64,000 bases of DNA from Nitrospirota bacterium (lineage in GTDB: Bacteria; Nitrospirota; UBA9217): the NCBI GenBank assembly GCA_963749655.1, contig CAVVOB010000022.1, positions 64,001-128,000 of the forward strand. Reading direction: 5' to 3'. Each line of letters opens with the position of its first letter. Position 1 is the first letter of the stretch. The notes under the pieces are model-generated. The model saw only the letters and a program-made list of their open reading frames with translations. It ran no database searches and was not told the DNA's origin. Position numbers and translations under genes: made by a program. This document shows, in pieces, positions 59,564 to 64,000 of this stretch.

Positions 59564-59631
59564 ATGTTACTCGAAGCGCGAAATAGAGTCTGTGACCATG
59601 GATACAATAAATAGTGTGATCTCGATCACAC
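59564..59631 (-). promoter_or_regulatory. CRP/FNR-family class II promoter with two operator sites
   Basis: Consensus TGTGA-TCTCGA-TCACA at 59615-59630, a second site TGTGA-CCATGG-ATACA at 59591-59606, and a minus-strand -10 TAACAT at 59569-59564. Confidence 0.7.
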
Positions 59632-59842
59632 GATTAAAAGGCCCTTTCGCGAGCGAAATTTTTTTCGCGCAAATTTTCGATCGTGCCTCATAGTCGGGTC
59701 TTCGGCGTACGTGCACCGAAGCGACAGGGCGGCGGTGAGGGCCTCTTTGCGGACTGCGCGGAGCAGGGGGCGGCCGCAAGAGAGTGTGTCTGAAGTGACC
59801 GGCGTTTTTCTTCTGAAAACAGGCAATTAATCTGCTTTCCGT

Positions 59843-59871
59843 TTGACAAGGACAGGTTGATAGTTTATTAT
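59843..59871 (+). promoter_or_regulatory. Sigma70 promoter
   Basis: TTGACA, 17 nt, TATTAT upstream of the yhaM-like gene. Confidence 0.75.
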
Positions 59872-59899
59872 CACAGCACGCTACACGGAAAGGAGCGCG

Positions 59900-60962
59900 A
59901 TGCAGACGATAGCATCCCTGAAAGAAGGAGACTGGGTAGAGGAGATCTACTCTCGTCACGTCGAAGCAGGTGTCGACCGCCAAGAACGGCGTTACCTATC
60001 TGTCCATCAAGCTCTCGGATAAAACGGGGGAGATCGACGGCAGATTGTGGGACAATGCCGACGAAGTGGCCGGAAAATTCGAACGTGAGGATTTCGTCCG
60101 CATCAAGGGGATGGCGTCGAACTACCAGGGCTCCATGCAGATCAAGATGAAGACACTGGAGAAGGTCGATGATTCCCGCGTAGACATCGCCAATTTTCTG
60201 GAGTGTTCGCCGCGCAGGCCCGAAGACATGGTGCAGGAACTCCGCGCGGTCGCCGCATCGCTCAAGGAAGGATATCTGCAGCAGCTGATGAACGCTTTTC
60301 TTTCAGACAACGCCTTCATGGAATCGTTCAAACGATCGCCCGCGGCCAAGACGCTTCATCATAATTATATCGGCGGCCTGCTTGAACACGTTCTGGAGCT
60401 CATCAATCTTTCCCGGGACGTGGCGAAGCATTTCCCCTCGATCAATGTCGATCTGCTGACGGTCGGGTCCTTCCTTCATGACATCGGCAAAGTGCGCGAA
60501 CTGACGGTCAAGAAATCGATCGGCTATACGACGGAAGGAAGGCTGATCGGCCATATCTCCCTGGGATATGAAATGATCGTCGAAAAGATCAAGGCCCTTC
60601 CGGGATTCCCGCAGGAACTGACCATGCTGCTTAAACACATCATCCTCTCCCATCACGGCGAGTACGAGTTCGGTTCGCCCAAGCGCCCGAAGATCCAGGA
60701 GGCGATCGTCATCAATTACCTCGACGACCTTGCGGCAAAGATCAACAATTTCAAAACGACCCTGCAAAAGGAAAACGTGGCAGAGGGCGAGTGGACGGGG
60801 TACAGCAAAATGCACGACCGGTACCTCTACCGGCCGATGAACTCCGACGCACCGGAAGGAGAGTCGCCCGCGATCGATGAAAAAAAGCCGGTCGCTGCCA
60901 GGGCGAAAAGGGGCAACCTCGGGGGTCCGGCGGAAGTATCCGGCAAGTTACCCCTGGACTGA
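59900..60962 (+). CDS. YhaM/CBF1-family OB-fold + HD 3'-5' exoribonuclease (frameshift shortly after 59940)
   Basis: AGGAG Shine-Dalgarno, ATG 59900 MQTIASLKEGDWVEEIY, then the other frame LVTSKQVSTAKNG..L.DKTG, PAAKTLHH..GGLLEH, LHDIGK, SHHG..EFGSP. Confidence 0.88.
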
Positions 60963-61112
60963 TCGGCTACGCTCCGGGTCTTCCGCAGCTCGACGGCCGG
61001 CAATCGCGGGCATGCGCAGCAGGCGAAGAACGGCCGGAACGATCCACTGTAATAATCCAATTCATTTTACGACGTGACCTCCGGAAGAGGACTTGTCAAG
61101 GAAAGGTGCTTC

Positions 61113-62018
61113 ATGTTCGGTGTGCTTCGCAGCCTGAGCGAGGGGCTGGCCAAAACCAGGAAGAACCTCTCGGACAAAATCGGCAATTTACTGCTCGGCG
61201 AAAAGATCGATGAAGCTTTTCTCGATGAGCTGGAAGAGGCGTTGATCACGGCCGATGTCGGCGTTGAGACTGCTTCCCTGGTGCTGAAAGACCTGAAGGA
61301 GCGCTTCAAACGGAACGAGCTTTCCACGAGGGCGCAGGTGGCGGACCGATTGAAGCAGCTTCTCTTCCAGATTGTGTCGCCGAATTCCCGCGCCTTCTCT
61401 CTTCCCGCATCACCCGCTGTCGTGCTTGTCGTGGGGGTGAACGGAACGGGAAAAACAACGACCATCGGCAAGCTGGCTCATCGGCTCCGGGCGGAGGGGA
61501 AAAAGGTCATGCTCGCCGCAGGCGACACCTTCCGCGCCGCCGCTTCGGAGCAACTTTCGATCTGGGGAGAGCGGGCCGGCATCCCGGTGATCAAGCACCA
61601 GGAGGGGGCCGATCCCGGGGCCGTGGTGTTCGATGCCGTTACCGCCGCGAAAACGCGCGGTATCGAGGTCCTTATCGTCGACACTGCAGGCCGGCTTCAC
61701 ACGAAATCAAACCTCATGGAAGAGCTGAAGAAAGTAAAGCGCATTCTGGCGCGCGAACTTCCCGGAGCCCCCCACGAAACGCTGCTGGTCCTCGACGGCA
61801 ACACCGGTCAGAATGCACTGGTCCAGGCGAAAATGTTTCATGATGCCGTGGGCGTCACCGGCATCGTGCTGACCAAGCTGGACGGAACCTCCAAGGGAGG
61901 CATCATCTTTGCCATCAGCAAAGAGCTCTCCATTCCGGTAAAGTTCATCGGCATCGGAGAAGCGGTAGGGGATCTGAGGAGCTTTGATCCCAAGGAGTTT
62001 GTCGACGCGCTGTTTTAG
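61113..62018 (+). CDS. ftsY: Signal recognition particle receptor FtsY
   Basis: [27 protein letters not shown] and [10 protein letters not shown]. Confidence 0.96.
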   Translation: MFGVLRSLSEGLAKTRKNLSDKIGNLLLGEKIDEAFLDELEEALITADVGVETASLVLKDLKERFKRNELSTRAQVADRLKQLLFQIVSPNSRAFSLPASPAVVLVVGVNGTGKTTTIGKLAHRLRAEGKKVMLAAGDTFRAAASEQLSIWGERAGIPVIKHQEGADPGAVVFDAVTAAKTRGIEVLIVDTAGRLHTKSNLMEELKKVKRILARELPGAPHETLLVLDGNTGQNALVQAKMFHDAVGVTGIVLTKLDGTSKGGIIFAISKELSIPVKFIGIGEAVGDLRSFDPKEFVDALF

Positions 62019-62041
62019 CTGCGGAGACCGATACTGGCGCC

Positions 62042-62338
62042 ATGTCTAGCGAACGCGTTCAGGTTGAAATATACGGCCAGGTTTACAGCATCAAGGGCGA
62101 GGGCGATGCCGCCCGGATCCGTGAACTCGCCGCCTATATCGACAGCCGGATGAAAGAGGTCGAGAAGGGGACGGGGACCGTCGATCCCCATCGGGTCGCA
62201 ATTCTGGCCGCGCTGACGATCGCTGACGAGTATTACCGGCTGCGTGAACGATTCGGAGATCTGGCATTGTCCGCCGATCTCGCCGCAAAACGCATGCTCG
62301 CCCTTTTGGAAGCAGTGGAGGAGCCCGATAAAACATAG
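62042..62338 (+). CDS. zapA: Cell division protein ZapA
   Basis: V.I.GQ.Y.IKG....I..LA.YID..M..V......RVAILAAL.IADE, followed by 6S RNA. Confidence 0.9.
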   Translation: MSSERVQVEIYGQVYSIKGEGDAARIRELAAYIDSRMKEVEKGTGTVDPHRVAILAALTIADEYYRLRERFGDLALSADLAAKRMLALLEAVEEPDKT

Positions 62339-62496
62339 TTTGCCGCAGTGAACACGACGGGGTATTTTTAGGGTATGTCATGTGTCGAGTGAGTTGATTA
62401 TTCTTATTTTTTAATGTTTTGCCTTTGCCCACCCATCTTTTTATCCTTGCCATTTTTCTTCGATTCTGGTATATACTAATTAACATCATAAGATAG

Positions 62497-62673
62497 TCCC
62501 CTGCTTTGCGCGTGATGGATATAACTTGTTCCTCGTGAAAAAAAAATAACGGGAGCTGAAATGTGAAAAGGGTGTGCATGCCCAGATTAGACTGGGAAGC
62601 CTGAACTTTTCACCGAGGCACCCACCTGGTAAATACCAGGAATCAAGTCTATCTACACGGCAAAAGCGGGGGA
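62497..62673 (+). ncRNA. ssrS: 6S RNA
   Basis: About 177-nt long hairpin with complementary ends (TCCCCTGCTTT...AAAGCGGGGGA) and a central A-rich bubble. It lies downstream of zapA, its usual position, with TTGCCA...TATACT promoter elements upstream. Confidence 0.85.
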
Positions 62674-63151
62674 TTTTTTTACTCCCTGATTTTTGCACAA
62701 TTGTGTATAGCAACTCATGGCGTACCTGGCCATGATGCCTCAAATAGAGTGAATCAGCGCTAGCCAGCCAGAAGGGAGCAGTCAGTTTTAAGGAAGGCTC
62801 CGGCGCTTGTGATAGTGTAAATGTAACAGCGGAAGAGGAGCACAAGGATGACAGGATCATCCAAGGGCTCCTTCCCGCGCGAAGATTGATTACCAGTAGG
62901 GCAACGTATTGATGCCATGGGGAAATTTACTGTTGTACCATATAAGTACCATGAGGGAACGGGATTGAATTCACCGGGGGAGCAGTACTATCCAGCGCAG
63001 CTGAACTTTGGACAGGGAAACTCCCTTAAAAATAAACCGGTTGCCCCGCGCCTTCTCATCATCACCCCAGGGCCGAGCTTGCCTGATCCGGTCTGACCCC
63101 CTTCGCCCCCTATCACAGGTAGTCCGCGTAAGCCCTCCCGACGTATTTACC

Positions 63152-64000
63152 GTGGGCCTCAAGAATATCAAAAAGAATACCGAAGCGGAGTTATTCCCGA
63201 CAGAGCCGGCGATGCCCCCCCTTGCCTGGAGAATGCGCCCGCGCGGTCTGGACGAGTTTGCAGGGCAGGAGCATATTCTCGGACCGGGGAAGCTCCTGCG
63301 CAGGGCCATCGAGAGCGACCGGTTCATGTCGCTTATACTTTACGGACCTCCGGGAGTCGGCAAGACCGCCCTGGCCCATCTGATCGCAGAACGCAGCAGC
63401 GCTCATTTCGTATCCCTCAATGCCGTAACCGCCGGTGTTGCCGATATCCGGAGAGTGGCGCAGGACGCGGCACGGGAACGCAGCGCCAGCGGGAAGAAGA
63501 CCATTCTCTTCATCGATGAGATTCATCGTTTCACGCGGGTCCAGCAGGATGCGCTCCTTCCCGATGTTGAACAGGGGAACATCACGCTGATCGGCGCTTC
63601 GACGTCCAATCCGTTCTTCGCCATCATTCCGGCACTCTCATCCCGCTCCCAGGTCTTCGAGTTCAAACCCCTGAGCGAAGAGGCTGTCAAATCGTTGCTG
63701 CAGCGGGCTCTTGCCGACAAAGAGCGCGGGTTCGGAAGCCTGTCCGTGGCGTTGTCTTCGGAAGCGCTTGCATTTCTCGCGGCCCGTTCCGGAGGCGATG
63801 CCCGGAGGGCGCTGAACGCGCTCGAGATCGGCGTTCTTTCGACGGCGCCCGGACCCGACGGCGGCATTCTGTACGACCTGGGCGTTGCCGAAGAGTCGGT
63901 TCAGAAGAAGGCCCTCGTCTACGACGAGGACGAACATTACGATACTATTTCAGCGTTCATCAAGAGCATGCGGGGGAGCGATCCCGACGCAGCAGTGTAC
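63152..64000 (+). CDS. rarA: Replication-associated recombination protein A (RarA/MgsA), 3'-truncated by the window edge
   Basis: PLAWRMRP..LDEFAGQEH, YGPPGVGKT, FIDEIHRF..QQDALLP, HYDTISAFIKSMRGSDPDAA. Start is either GTG 63152 or ATG 63212. Confidence 0.95.
   Translation, partial: MGLKNIKKNTEAELFPTEPAMPPLAWRMRPRGLDEFAGQEHILGPGKLLRRAIESDRFMSLILYGPPGVGKTALAHLIAERSSAHFVSLNAVTAGVADIRRVAQDAARERSASGKKTILFIDEIHRFTRVQQDALLPDVEQGNITLIGASTSNPFFAIIPALSSRSQVFEFKPLSEEAVKSLLQRALADKERGFGSLSVALSSEALAFLAARSGGDARRALNALEIGVLSTAPGPDGGILYDLGVAEESVQKKALVYDEDEHYDTISAFIKSMRGSDPDAAVY

Overview
A GC-rich bacterial chromosomal window from an anaerobe with dissimilatory sulfur metabolism. Gene content and the 6S RNA style suggest Nitrospirota or a Desulfobacterota-like lineage, which is an inference. 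The core is an adk-sat-aprBA-qmoABC-CBS-hppA cluster. There is also a minimal iscR-iscS-iscU-tusA operon, housekeeping genes (guaA, ettA, aspS, yhaM-like, ftsY, zapA, 6S RNA, rarA) and two PAS hybrid kinases. At least nine genes carry frameshifts, most likely assembly errors. The most notable locus is 54787-59631 on the minus strand. There a CRP/FNR-type class II promoter precedes a GEMM-I riboswitch with the A20 signature of 3',3'-cGAMP sensors, whose 5' strand can pair over the Shine-Dalgarno of a six-Ig-repeat surface lipoprotein, and the next gene is a lipoprotein cytochrome with about 24 heme motifs. Other highlights are an unannotated 55-aa dual-CxxC selenoprotein with an in-frame UGA and SECIS-like hairpin, an IscS with Gln in place of the PLP lysine, a candidate Na+-riboswitch-like leader before hppA, and a dispersed 7-nt-period repeat placed just after stop codons. 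I saw no CRISPR array, tRNA, rRNA or transposase.
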